Part shown: positions 47,119-57,600 of the stretch, one piece after another
Position numbering within the stretch: position 1 is the first letter of the stretch
How the letters are laid out: each line of letters starts with the position of its first letter
From: a virus
Lineage: Duplodnaviria > Caudoviricetes
Length of the DNA stretch: 64,000 nt
Virus record (IMG/VR): IMGVR_UViG_3300021400_000056
Location: 30,581-94,580 of that record
Reading direction: 5' to 3' (one strand)
Made by a program: the position numbers and the translations under genes
The notes under the pieces: model-generated
What the model was told of the DNA's origin: nothing
Databases searched by the model: none
The model's input: the letters and a program-made list of their open reading frames with translations, nothing else

Positions 47119-47654
47119 TATAGTGCGGTTCCTCTCATTTTACTCATAGCTGCAAATACTGATTTACTACGTGCCTTTCCTTTTACGGATTTAAACGATG
47201 AGTCAATCATCTTAGCTATTTTTTCTTTGGCTTTCTTTTGTCCAAGTTTAACTGATTTTTTAGCAGATCCCTTTTTAGATGATGCCGGCTTTACATCACT
47301 GGCGCTTATTGGCTCATACTGTCCTCTATTAGCTTCTACTCTAAGACCGCTCGTTGTAGCAAGCATTCGATTTCTTCTGTAAATATCCTCAATCGTTCCG
47401 CCTTTTGCACTTTTTCCGCCGCCAGCTCCACCAGACTTAGACCTAGCTTTTTTATTTAGCATTTCGGCCCTGGCTCTGTTTCTGGCGTCAGCGTCCATGT
47501 CTCTTGCCATCTGCTGCCTGAGTCTGTTTCTTCTAATAGCTTTAATCTCGGCTGCGCTAAAGCCTCCCCTTTTCTTCTTCCATTTCATTCCTTTGACACC
47601 GTAATGAGCAAGATAGTCTCTATAATCGTTACGGCCAAAATAATCATTACCCAT
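47118..47654 (-). CDS. Basic HYG-motif protein
   Basis: YLAHYGVKGMKWKK; Lys/Arg-rich. Confidence 0.85.
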   Translation of the reverse strand: MGNDYFGRNDYRDYLAHYGVKGMKWKKKRGGFSAAEIKAIRRNRLRQQMARDMDADARNRARAEMLNKKARSKSGGAGGGKSAKGGTIEDIYRRNRMLATTSGLRVEANRGQYEPISASDVKPASSKKGSAKKSVKLGQKKAKEKIAKMIDSSFKSVKGKARSKSVFAAMSKMRGTAL

Positions 47655-47681
47655 TTTGATGTCTCCTTTTTAGTTTTCATC

Positions 47682-48021
47682 CTTTATAAAATTCATTTGG
47701 CAGAACCATATTAGCTATGCCAAGCGTATTAGCCATGCCAAGCGCGTTCACTTATTGCCTACTTTTGGCTAGCTATCCCCTCGAACAAGTGCCCTAATTA
47801 AACCTAATCGATTACCCGTTGGCATAAGGTTTGTTTTCACATGCTTGAACCCCTTATCTGTACATCGTATTAGAAAGGAGGTATTACGTAACGAGCAGAA
47901 AACCCGGCATGATAAACATTTGATAATCGATAGTCGTTACTTCGCGACGACCTACGCTTAGTCCGCTGGAATAGCCTCACCAATACACCAAACTTTCAGA
48001 CACCAAATGAACTTTATAAAA
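47682..48021 (-). ncRNA. Candidate ~340-nt structured non-coding RNA
   Basis: 19-bp closing helix fully paired on the minus strand (2 G-U pairs), internal stems, no ORF. Confidence 0.55.
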
Positions 48022-48069
48022 GACCCGAAGAGGAAAGGTGTTATCCAATCCTCCTCGGAGCTTTAATCA

Positions 48070-48366
48070 TTAGAAAATTCCAAGTTGCTTCAGGGCGTAT
48101 CCAATAAGAATTCCGACAATGCCAGTAATTACTGTCTTTACAACATCCTGCCACATCTTTGCATCCTTATCTTCAAGCGCGTCAAGACGTCTGGATTGTT
48201 CTTTTTGTGTGTCGACCATATTTTTAACAGTCATAGTCAATCTCTCAACAGAAATCGTCAACGCATGTATTTCCTCTTGAATTGTCTCGATCTTGTCGAC
48301 ACGTTCTTCTAATCTTTTCATTCTCTCACTACATACAGCTTCTGTAACCATTGCGGAATCGCTCAT
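48070..48366 (-). CDS. Coiled-coil plus C-terminal TM protein (XhlA-like, lysis-associated)
   Basis: Heptad repeats followed by W..VV...ITGIVG.LIG. Confidence 0.7.
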   Translation of the reverse strand: MSDSAMVTEAVCSERMKRLEERVDKIETIQEEIHALTISVERLTMTVKNMVDTQKEQSRRLDALEDKDAKMWQDVVKTVITGIVGILIGYALKQLGIF

Positions 48367-48404
48367 TAGATTTACCTCCGATTAACTTAAAAATATATGA
48401 GGCA

Positions 48405-48839
48405 TCATCTGTTCATCCGTTCGGCTTCATCAAGCCATCTAGCGTACATATTGCGCTCATTCTCATTAGTACTCTGATTCATGAGATTCCGAATGTTGTT
48501 TGCGGCGCTGTTCATCTCGGTCCCGTATGAGGATCCACCATAAGAAGAACCTCTGCGTCCGCCCATGCTTCTTACGCCATAACTATCGTAATCGGGATAT
48601 ATGCCATGGCTATTGCCCATCCCGTTGCCTCTACGATAATATCTAGCAGACTCACCCATATCCTCATCGGGATACTCTTCTTTCATAGCTTTGATCGTCG
48701 CAATATCCTTGATAATGTCGACAGCCTCTCCAGCAGTATTCCATTCGGCAGGGGTGATGTCATCTTTTACAAGCAGTTTTTTAATATCTTTGATAGCCCG
48801 CTCTTCGAACTGGCATAAAATATCCATATTATCTTTCAT
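48405..48839 (-). CDS. Conserved hypothetical protein (last gene of the five-gene cassette)
   Basis: AVDIIKDI; Gly/Arg/Tyr/Ser-rich middle. Confidence 0.75.
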   Translation of the reverse strand: MKDNMDILCQFEERAIKDIKKLLVKDDITPAEWNTAGEAVDIIKDIATIKAMKEEYPDEDMGESARYYRRGNGMGNSHGIYPDYDSYGVRSMGGRRGSSYGGSSYGTEMNSAANNIRNLMNQSTNENERNMYARWLDEAERMNR

Positions 48840-48851
48840 ATCTTGCTCTCC

Positions 48852-49295
48852 TTATCCAACCCGATTAATAGTAAGGTTCGAGTTCCTGACAAGGATCGGC
48901 TCGGCAGTCTCGGAGTTGTTCTCGATAGCAACCGATACACAGCATCCCTTCGGAACATCGATAGTAGCTGTAGAGGTGACATTACCGTACGCGTCTACTA
49001 CAGTCGGTGTGTAAGCGGCAAGACTTGTAGCAAGCGCTTCGCCACCGATAGCTACTGCAAGGGAAATCTCCCCAACAGTTCCACCTGTAGGAACAGCAAT
49101 GTTACCGTTAAACACAACCTGATACTTTGCGTAATTAGCGCACGGGTTGTTCACGATCCCACGGAGAGTAAGCACACCAGATCCGTCACGATGCATGATA
49201 TAGCCTTTTCTGCAAGGGTTCGAACCGGTGAGTAATACATTCTGTCCATAAGCAACGGTCTGCTCAGCAGCGTATACATACTCAGCCATGATCAC
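48852..49295 (-). CDS. Beta-sandwich protein (BclA-C/C1q-like)
   Basis: QTV..GQNV, HR.GSG..TLRG, Y.V.FNGNIA, CC..V..EN. Confidence 0.65.
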   Translation of the reverse strand: MIMAEYVYAAEQTVAYGQNVLLTGSNPCRKGYIMHRDGSGVLTLRGIVNNPCANYAKYQVVFNGNIAVPTGGTVGEISLAVAIGGEALATSLAAYTPTVVDAYGNVTSTATIDVPKGCCVSVAIENNSETAEPILVRNSNLTINRVG

Positions 49296-49301
49296 GCCTC
49301 C

Positions 49302-50135
49302 TTACATACCGCAGCCGCAGGTATTCCAACCAGCGTTCGTGCAGCAGTTGGGATTCTGAACCACGTAAGCGGGTCTGGGAGTAGGAGCAAGATACTGTTC
49401 GAGCGCCTTGGTCTGTGCGAGATTGTCGGTAAGGATAGAAGCAGTCTGCGCGTTCTGAGATGCGGCAAGATTAGCCATTGTAAGCTGATTCTGAAGTTCA
49501 GCAATCTTCTCGTCCTTGGCGTTGATCTTATCCTGACACATCTGATCCAGAATTCTCTGGGTATTCGCATTGTTCTGCGCGGTTACGGCCTGAAGAGCTT
49601 CTGTTACAGCAGCTCTATCACTGCATGCTTCATTAGCAACAGTGTATTTAAGATCGGCTGTCGCAGCTCTGTTCTCACAGCAGCAGTTTGCAAGTGCAGC
49701 GTTAAGCGTGTTCATACCAGTAAGCATCGCGGTCTGATTCGCGAAATTCTGCTGCATGTCTGCCATCTGTCTAGCATTAGCGGAAGCCTCTGCCGCAGCA
49801 AATCCGGAATTAAGAGCAGTGTTCACTCCAGCAAAACCATTGCAAAGAGCCTGGTTAACACCAGAGAAACCGTTTACAACAGCGGAATTGATTCCAGTCA
49901 CACCGCTCATAACGGACTGCTGATCAAATCCTCTCTGGATCTCTCCACCTGTACCATTTCCGTTGCCATAACCGAAACCATTGCCCCAATTGCCCATCAG
50001 AGCAAACAGGAACAGAACGATGATCCAGAAAGATCCGTCGCCCCATCCAAATCCGCCATTACCAGCACCATAACCGCCCATAGGAGATACGGGCATAACC
50101 ATTCCGTTACCGTTTGTGTTCTCGCTAAAAGACAT
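49302..50135 (-). CDS. Gly-rich TM plus long coiled-coil protein with CCC motif
   Basis: GGFGWGDGSFWIIVLFLF; NCCCENR; Cys-rich C-terminus. Confidence 0.8.
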   Translation of the reverse strand: MSFSENTNGNGMVMPVSPMGGYGAGNGGFGWGDGSFWIIVLFLFALMGNWGNGFGYGNGNGTGGEIQRGFDQQSVMSGVTGINSAVVNGFSGVNQALCNGFAGVNTALNSGFAAAEASANARQMADMQQNFANQTAMLTGMNTLNAALANCCCENRAATADLKYTVANEACSDRAAVTEALQAVTAQNNANTQRILDQMCQDKINAKDEKIAELQNQLTMANLAASQNAQTASILTDNLAQTKALEQYLAPTPRPAYVVQNPNCCTNAGWNTCGCGM

Positions 50136-50228
50136 GTTTCATTCCTTCTTTCTGTCTATAAAGCTAAAACTATAGGGTTACTATCTTCAAAAATAGAACA
50201 GGCGCCGTTCGTTCCATTTTGAATTCAC

Positions 50229-50447
50229 TCAATTGATTTTTGTTGGATCGTTCTCGTAGTTCTTCGTAGAGATCCCAAGACACGCTCCAAGGAACGCGTC
50301 AATCGCTGTAATAGTTCCGACAATCTGCTCTCCATAAGGAAGTCCCCAGATAGATGCAAGGGCGAAATAGAGAGTTCCAAGTGCCGGAAGAATAATCTGC
50401 GCGATGAATTTCAGTCGGTCATAGGTTTCATTACTCATCTTAAGCAT
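50229..50447 (-). CDS. Holin, Dp-1 type
   Basis: SN.TYD.LK.IAQI.LPALGTLYFALA.IWGLPYGEQIVGTI.A.D.FLG. Confidence 0.9.
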   Translation of the reverse strand: MLKMSNETYDRLKFIAQIILPALGTLYFALASIWGLPYGEQIVGTITAIDAFLGACLGISTKNYENDPTKIN

Positions 50448-50457
50448 ATCTTTCTCC

Positions 50458-50733
50458 TTATCTTCTCCAACCAAATGGGGAATTAGCAGGACCGGGCTGA
50501 GGCGGATTTCCGTTTAGCTGATTCTGCTGATACTGATTTGCAAGGTTCATGATTTGATTAATCTGATCCTGACTCATGTTCGAGTTACTAAGAAGGTACC
50601 TCGCAGCGGCTTCTGGAGAATTCATATACTGCTGCGGGATGTTAAAACCTTGATTTAGAAGAGCCTGCATCGGGTTCTGTCTAAACTGGTTTATCATAGG
50701 AGCCATCTGAAGAAGCTGCATAAGATTAATCAT
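50458..50733 (-). CDS. Gln/Asn/Met-rich small protein
   Basis: NPMQ.L...NIPQ....P.....L....MSQ.Q.NQ. Confidence 0.75.
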   Translation of the reverse strand: MINLMQLLQMAPMINQFRQNPMQALLNQGFNIPQQYMNSPEAAARYLLSNSNMSQDQINQIMNLANQYQQNQLNGNPPQPGPANSPFGWRR

Positions 50734-51136
50734 GGCTTGGCTCCTTTACTGAAAAGATTGCCGCCATTTTAGCCGATACCGCTTTTTCAACTTCGGATGA
50801 GATCAGATTCTGAATCTCTTCAGAAGTCATAGAAGGAGCAGCTGGTTCAGGCTTGACTTCTTCTGCTGGTTTTGCTCTAACAATGTCGTATTCTTCAGGG
50901 TCAAACGGCCGTCCGTATGGATCGGCTTTCTTAATCCAGAGTTTCATTGCATCAGGATCGATAAACGTCATCTGTCCATTTGCAACGATAGGCCATGCAT
51001 CAACCATTGCTCTTCCGTTCACCCAGATAAACTGGTTGCTCTGTGCCGGAACAGTCGGATTAGGAGCGTATGAGGGCTGAGCGGTAGTCGGTCTCATAGC
51101 CTGATTCTGATTAATTGTGTTTTCCCATACATTCAT
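50726..51136 (-). CDS. Conserved hypothetical protein (first gene of the five-gene cassette)
   Basis: WVNG...AWP......F.D......IK..D..G.P. Confidence 0.75.
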   Translation of the reverse strand: MNVWENTINQNQAMRPTTAQPSYAPNPTVPAQSNQFIWVNGRAMVDAWPIVANGQMTFIDPDAMKLWIKKADPYGRPFDPEEYDIVRAKPAEEVKPEPAAPSMTSEEIQNLISSEVEKAVSAKMAAIFSVKEPSHD

Positions 51137-51162
51137 TGTTTAAGCCTCCTTTACTATTTTTA

Positions 51163-51645
51163 TCAACTTACAGTGTACATCAACGGGTCAGTCTTTGACG
51201 AAGACATAAAATTTAGTTGCGTACGGTTAAGTGTGACGGAAACTCCATACACCTCAGACCCCTCGGTATCGTCACTCGTAGGCGTATTGATTACTTGCGC
51301 AATCTCTGTGACAAATCCGGTCACCGTAATGTCTTCAACTGCATTGTCATAATCATTTGACGTATGCCGGCGAATTACAACGTTTAAACCACTATTGACC
51401 GCCTGTTCAATCTCTGCCCAATTTTTATCAAGGACATGCTGCTCCGACGATAAGTCGTATCCTGGTTTAGGAGGTACTATTGTTACTGTGTCAGTCACAA
51501 TTAGAACTCCACCGCCAGTACCTGAACCCCCGGATCCAGCCACATCCTCAATCTTATCGATCCATTCCTCTACGTTAGAAGCTCCTGTGTTAGGATCTCC
51601 TCCCATCTTTAAATAGAGTTTCTGTAATTTATCTGTAATAGCCAT
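51163..51645 (-). CDS. MAITDKLQ-module family (copy 3)
   Basis: Shared N-terminus plus GSGGSGTGGG linker. Confidence 0.8.
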   Translation of the reverse strand: MAITDKLQKLYLKMGGDPNTGASNVEEWIDKIEDVAGSGGSGTGGGVLIVTDTVTIVPPKPGYDLSSEQHVLDKNWAEIEQAVNSGLNVVIRRHTSNDYDNAVEDITVTGFVTEIAQVINTPTSDDTEGSEVYGVSVTLNRTQLNFMSSSKTDPLMYTVS

Positions 51646-51659
51646 TTTGAATTGCTCCT

Positions 51660-51712
51660 AAAAAAACGTCATAGCCTAAGCGAAAGCAGGAAATAAAAGC
51701 CTAGGCTATGAC
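51660..51712 (-). terminator. Terminator after the glycosyltransferase
   Basis: GTCATAGCCTA / TAGGCTATGAC inverted repeat followed by a T-run on the minus strand. Confidence 0.75.
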
Positions 51713-51730
51713 TTACATTTGGAGGATGTC

Positions 51731-52861
51731 TTACATATCAAAGGGCCTATTGGTATACCCTTCTTTACAAACACCACATTTAATATTGTTATCGATTAGT
51801 TTCTTTGTTTCTGGATTGGCCTCCATCTCCGCCCATACGTCATAGATATGGTTAGGATCATAATCTTCGTTTCTAAGCTTCTCCATAAACTCGTAAATGC
51901 CTATATGCGGCACAATTCCAAACAGGGTACCAGATGCCCACTTTTCTTGAGAACACATCGAATACATCTGCGAGAAGATCTCATCAGAGATGTCAGGTTC
52001 AATCCGTTTATAGCATTCGTGATAGAACTTTTTAACGTACTCCCAATTCTGCGGAGCAAACACTGGCTTTCTAGCAACTGTCTCTACATAATAATAGTAG
52101 AGGTTTAGCATACAGTTGACTGTCCACTGCATAGAAGCTCCTGAGAATGGTTTAAACTTTCTGACGTGATCGATTGCATAGATCATGTTGTCAGTCCATC
52201 CACATAAGCTCTGATCGTATGAATACTGACTGTCATTGATCCTTGTGATGGAATCTTTCTTGTTATGCCAGTAATATACACACTCTGTAATGAATCGTAC
52301 CTGCTCACCAGGATTATCGCAAAGAAGTTTTACCATGGTATTAAAACCGGTATCTTCATTCGCTCTGGTATCGTTAAACCTGATTTTGTACTGCTCAATA
52401 AACTGCCGTCTATAAAGTTTACCGAACATCCAGACCATGTCGTTTGCATGCGGAACTAACGATTGCAAATCGTCGCCTAGCTGCATAAATACGGCTGAAC
52501 AGCATTTAATAACGTCATTCGCTTTTATGCCTTCTCTTAATGTTTCAAGCGCAATTGCTCCGCAAAGCGTGTCGTCAGCATCCATACACGTAAAGAACTC
52601 GTTTTCCGTGTTATCAATACCAAATTGTCTAGCAACTCCAGGACCGCCGTTCGTATCAAGCCTAATCTCCCTGATCGAAATATACGGTGAGAACATCTTA
52701 ACGAACTTACTATAATCTCCTTCCGGACAACAATCATTTACAATCGTCACGTCTACATCAGCTACGACTGTCTGTTCAACTATTGAAGAAAGAGTTCTAA
52801 GAATCGTTCCATGAGCTTTATAAGCAGGAATAATAACGTCTATGCGATTATTCTTGTTCAT
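51731..52861 (-). CDS. Glycosyltransferase family 2
   Basis: VIIPAY, VND, NGGPGVARQ.G, DADD, ED motifs. Confidence 0.9.
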   Translation of the reverse strand: MNKNNRIDVIIPAYKAHGTILRTLSSIVEQTVVADVDVTIVNDCCPEGDYSKFVKMFSPYISIREIRLDTNGGPGVARQFGIDNTENEFFTCMDADDTLCGAIALETLREGIKANDVIKCCSAVFMQLGDDLQSLVPHANDMVWMFGKLYRRQFIEQYKIRFNDTRANEDTGFNTMVKLLCDNPGEQVRFITECVYYWHNKKDSITRINDSQYSYDQSLCGWTDNMIYAIDHVRKFKPFSGASMQWTVNCMLNLYYYYVETVARKPVFAPQNWEYVKKFYHECYKRIEPDISDEIFSQMYSMCSQEKWASGTLFGIVPHIGIYEFMEKLRNEDYDPNHIYDVWAEMEANPETKKLIDNNIKCGVCKEGYTNRPFDM

Positions 52862-54603
52862 GTTCCCTCCTCAAAGACAGTGTTTGTGTAGATGTAGCAG
52901 TTGTATAACGAGTTGTAGTATCCATTCGGAATTGTCTCCCAAGTTGATGCAGTAGTTGTGTTTTGAAACAATGCAGTTGTGATAAGATTTGCCGCGCTTG
53001 TTGGATCCGTCCAGATGTTAAGGCTCTGCGAATTGTTGTTGCGGAAGGCTTGGTAGAAGATATTGTTTCGTGCGCGAGAGCCTATGGTAATATTTGAAAG
53101 TTTATTGACATTACAAAAACCTCTAGTGAAGCCGTATATAGATGTCCATATAAACATATTCTGGTTTAAGTTGCTGCAGCCTTCGAACATGCTGTTCAAA
53201 TGCACAAGATCTTTTGGGAGCCTAATGTTTTGGTTTAGACTTGTGCAGTTTTTAAACATACCTGTCGCAATATAGGCATTTTCCGGAATTATAATATTTT
53301 GATTTAAACTAGTGCACCGAGAAAATGTATGCTCAAGTCTAAGGCTGCCGTTTCCATTTCCCGTTGGTAATTGAATGTTTTGATTTAAACTAGCACAATC
53401 TTCAAAAAAGCTTGCCATATCCCGTATGTCGCTCGAAACCTTTATATTTTGGTTTAAATTGGTACATTGTGCAAACACTCCGGCTGTATATGCACCCGGA
53501 TTACCAAGAACAGACGGAAACTGAATATTTTGGTTTAGACTAGTACAGTTTTTAAATAGCCAAGTAATGGAGTTAAAATTTGCCGGAATTTTAATGCTTT
53601 GATTTAGACTATTGCAATAGGAAAACATACTCGACATTGCCGTAACAGTGTCTGGTATACTTATGTTTTGATTAAAATTATTGCAATTGAAAAACATTGC
53701 AGAAGTATCAGTCACGCTATCTGGAATTTTAATGTTTTGATTAAAATTTGTGCAATCCCGAAATACAGATTTAGCTGTTATAACGCTATTTGGAATTTTA
53801 ATGTTTTGATTAAAATTTGTGCAACCAGTGAATATATTATCGATTATCAACAAATTATTATGTAGCTGCAAATTCGTGTTAAAACTATTACAGCGATTAA
53901 AAATGTTATGAACTACGGTTACGCTGTTCGGTATTTTAATGCTCTGATTTAATTTATAACATTCGTAGAACATATCGTTCATGTCCACTACACTTTCTGG
54001 AATTTGGATATTTTGATTAAAATTCGGGCATCCAGAAAACATGTTAGATATATTAACAACGCCGTTATCTATTATGATCGGAGCATTTAAGTTATAGCAC
54101 CACTTGAACGCCTCTTGAGCATTTACAACGCTTCCTGGTATTTTAATGCGCTGATTTAATTTATAACACTCTCTAAATATACCGGTAGCTTCTGTTACAC
54201 TATTAGGTATTTGAATATTTAGGTTTAAATTTCTACATAATCGAAACATTTCGACCGCATTTGTCACACTCTCCGGAATTTTGATATTCTGATTAAAAAA
54301 ATTATTACAATAGAAAAACATGCTCGAAGTATCATGAACATTATTCGGAATGCTAATATTTTGATTAAAATTAGCACAGTAAGCGAACGCCGCACTTGTA
54401 TTGACAACACTGTTCGGAAACTCGATCATTCGGTTTAACTTACTTGAGTAAAGGTTAGCTTTACTAATACCACTCGGAAACCTAAATCTCCCGTTCCAGT
54501 TATAACCGCGAACACTCATCTCATTATTCGATATTCTGTAATTACCATTTAGATCGAAAATCACAGAGCAATTAGTTACTGATGTTCCAAAATTTATTTC
54601 CAT
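52858..54603 (-). CDS. BspA/DUF285-like leucine-rich repeat protein (22-aa repeats)
   Basis: About 18 repeats of (F/L)NQNIxIPxSVxxxxxMFxxC. Confidence 0.85.
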   Translation of the reverse strand: MEINFGTSVTNCSVIFDLNGNYRISNNEMSVRGYNWNGRFRFPSGISKANLYSSKLNRMIEFPNSVVNTSAAFAYCANFNQNISIPNNVHDTSSMFFYCNNFFNQNIKIPESVTNAVEMFRLCRNLNLNIQIPNSVTEATGIFRECYKLNQRIKIPGSVVNAQEAFKWCYNLNAPIIIDNGVVNISNMFSGCPNFNQNIQIPESVVDMNDMFYECYKLNQSIKIPNSVTVVHNIFNRCNSFNTNLQLHNNLLIIDNIFTGCTNFNQNIKIPNSVITAKSVFRDCTNFNQNIKIPDSVTDTSAMFFNCNNFNQNISIPDTVTAMSSMFSYCNSLNQSIKIPANFNSITWLFKNCTSLNQNIQFPSVLGNPGAYTAGVFAQCTNLNQNIKVSSDIRDMASFFEDCASLNQNIQLPTGNGNGSLRLEHTFSRCTSLNQNIIIPENAYIATGMFKNCTSLNQNIRLPKDLVHLNSMFEGCSNLNQNMFIWTSIYGFTRGFCNVNKLSNITIGSRARNNIFYQAFRNNNSQSLNIWTDPTSAANLITTALFQNTTTASTWETIPNGYYNSLYNCYIYTNTVFEEGT

Positions 54604-54613
54604 GATTTCCTCC

Positions 54614-57600
54614 TTATCCGATAATCACATGATAGCCCTGAATCGTATCGGGAATTGTAATGAGGTTAAGATTATCCGCAATAATAGCGGCTGTATTAAG
54701 TCCAGTAATCGTCATTGTCTTATTAGTTTCATCAAGCGTATAGACTAGATACTTAAGATCCGGTTCGACCATGACGATGTCAAAGAACGCATAGGTGTCA
54801 AAGCTCTCCTGTACGTTAGTGAGATCTCTATCCCATCTGATAAACTCACCGTCTGTACTTGTAGGAGTCTCTCCAGTATAGACAGCATCCTGACCCTGAA
54901 TAACGTTACTCGTCTGAAGAAGTGTATCTCCATTATAGAATCGTACCGTATAGACAGGTAAATACTTAGCATTAATTGTCATATCATGCGTGATAGGCTG
55001 GGTAAGATCATAGTCCCACGCATTAGCTACCTGTCCGCTGCTACGTCTAGGCATATCCTGTCCCCATGTTACAGTACTACCCCAAATAACGTTAAGATCA
55101 GTTCTAATAACCGTACCATCATTTCTCCACGTTACCGTGTACTTGGCGATCGCTTTGCTATACGCAGCATATACAGATGTATCGGTATTAATGTTCTTAA
55201 TGCAATCCGGATCGTTTTCTTCTGCGTCCATGGCAAGATTCCAACCGATCGGAGTATACGCATACTGTCCATCCGGGCTATTAGTTCTTGCGGGAACTGC
55301 AGGCGACGTATCACTAGTTACACCATTAATATACTTAACCGTCTTAACTGTACTCTCGCCGTTCCATGTCTTATATGACAAGAAGCTCTCGACATTATCC
55401 GCAATAACCTCAAGATACGGGTACCTGGTCTTATACCATTCAATCTTTGCTGAAGTAATCGTAGCAATGTGAATCGTACCAGAAACTTGAGCAGTGTCGT
55501 ACTCTCTGTAGACCCATTCTCCGTCAGCACTCTTTTCTCTCGAAACACCGATCATCGTGTCAAGAAGATCAAGAAACTCCTCAATTTCTTCAGTACTTTC
55601 CATTTCAAAAGCTAGACCCTCGATGTTGACCTGAGAGCCGGGTTTGACCGCTTTAAGAATTGTGATAGGATCGACAATCTCAGTGTCAATGTTGGCAAGC
55701 ATTAGCCTTGAAATGTTAGAGTAGTCAGCGACGACAAACTCGGTTAATTTCTTAAGATTAAGTAGTGTTAATGTAGTGATCGTACCAGGAAGATGAAGTG
55801 TAGTAATATCTCCGCCATCAGCAAGTTCAATACCGGTTATTGCACTTCCCTCAAACAGAGCGGTCTTAACTCTTGGTGAGTTCTCAAGATTGATCGTCAT
55901 CGCAAGGTTAGGACAGTTCCTAACGTCAATCGTCTCAAGAAGTGCACAGTTTCTAACGTCAAGAACTTTCATGTTAGCGTTAGAATATCCAGCAGCTCCG
56001 TCACCAATCTTAAGGTTCTTAAGTCTTATTGCTTTAGAGAAATCAAGTTCGTTCGGGTAGAATACCGACAGATCACCAACATCCGTAATAACATCTGCAG
56101 AGTAGATCCAGGTTTCCATTTCGGTAACGCCACTAGGCGCAACGTAAGTAAAGGACACCGGAGTATTCGCTTTTGTTCGGCTAAGCGAAACTGTTGTGCC
56201 GCCACCGAAACTAACGCCAGCATAAAGATCAATTGCTGATGTAAGTGTAAGCGTGCCAGAGTTAAACAGTCGCATACTGATCGTTGAGCTGGCTGCGTCT
56301 CCGGTTACATACTTGCTATCCATGTATTTAAACCGGTTAGAAAGCCACCATTTTCTCTGCTCGGTTTTGGCTCCCTGCATCATCGTCAGATATCTGTCAG
56401 TTCTGATAAGCTCGCCTGTTGTTTCGTCAACCGTAACAGGATTAGTAAGAGGTGTTAAATACTTAACCTCTGAGTCTTCGTTATAGACCGCTTCTCCCCA
56501 TTTTGATTGATGATCTTCATATCTGGCTTCAATTTCCTTATACGAGAATTCTTTATTAGTTCTAAGATTCCTGTACATCAGAGTAATCTCAGATCTAAAC
56601 GAGTCACGAAGGTTAACCCAAAGCACTGAATCCTGAGCGTTAAACACCGGAGCGTTTGAACTGCCAGATGTATCTCCACTGATAACACCACTAACAGTAT
56701 CCGTATCTTCAAGCGTGTAATCGAACATCAGCACGCCAGAGTTGTTTGTACCGATAGCAGTATCTGCATCGTAAATCTCAATAGCGGCTTTCCTGTCGAT
56801 TGCGCTTCCTTCAAGAGTTACCGGACTGCCTTTAAAACCAATGAACATGTTCTTCGCTCTTGAGTCGATCATGAGGAAGAACTCAGTGAAGATGTAATAG
56901 AACACTGCAGAATCTACTTCAAATCGATCAGCAAACTCCGCTCTGAACTTTGTAAGCCTATACGCCGGCGTGTCTTTAGTAAACGTAAAGATCTTATTAC
57001 CAGTGCTCTCTCCGCCAACTACTTCATCCTCAACTGTATAGCTCGTATCATCGGAGTAGTTATTGACGGTAATGGTTGTGTTAAGCTTATACACAACTGG
57101 TTCAGGAAGAGCCTCGTTAGTCGCCTGATTTCTATCGGTAGATTTAACCCAACTGATAAGCTCCTTAAGCATTGTGTAATCACGCCACTCGTCGCTGGGC
57201 ATTCTGGCCTCAAAGTCGTCATACCAAGTCGGATAATATTCCTGCTTGATCTCATCCCAAGAGGTCGATGTAAAGTCATCGTCTTTAAACTTTACATTGT
57301 CGCTATTGTTTCTCTCCCACTCCCATGACTGCATATTGTCATGGTAGCCAAGCGGCGCCGGAGCACGTTTCGGTAAGTTGAAATTGTACTTACCCATGAA
57401 CTTCGTTTCCGCTGTTGTAGGATTGTACCAGAACATGACAATCGGAATACCCTCGATGCCATGTCTGACTTTTGGATTCGCCTTCATCTCGTCGTTCTTC
57501 CAAGGAGAGATGTCGTTAAAGAGCATCGCCAAACCGACGTTATTATAAGATTCGGATGAGGCAACGTCAGCTTTTAAGACGAATCTATTAAAGGGTATCG

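Noticed and set aside
47682-48021. tmRNA or tRNA
   Set aside because: No GGGG...CCA acceptor ends or T-loop consensus found; no tRNA genes recognised anywhere in the window
52858-54603. LRR gene as a diversity-generating retroelement target
   Set aside because: No reverse transcriptase or adenine-specific TR/VR pair seen in the window; the repeats are ordinary coding repeats
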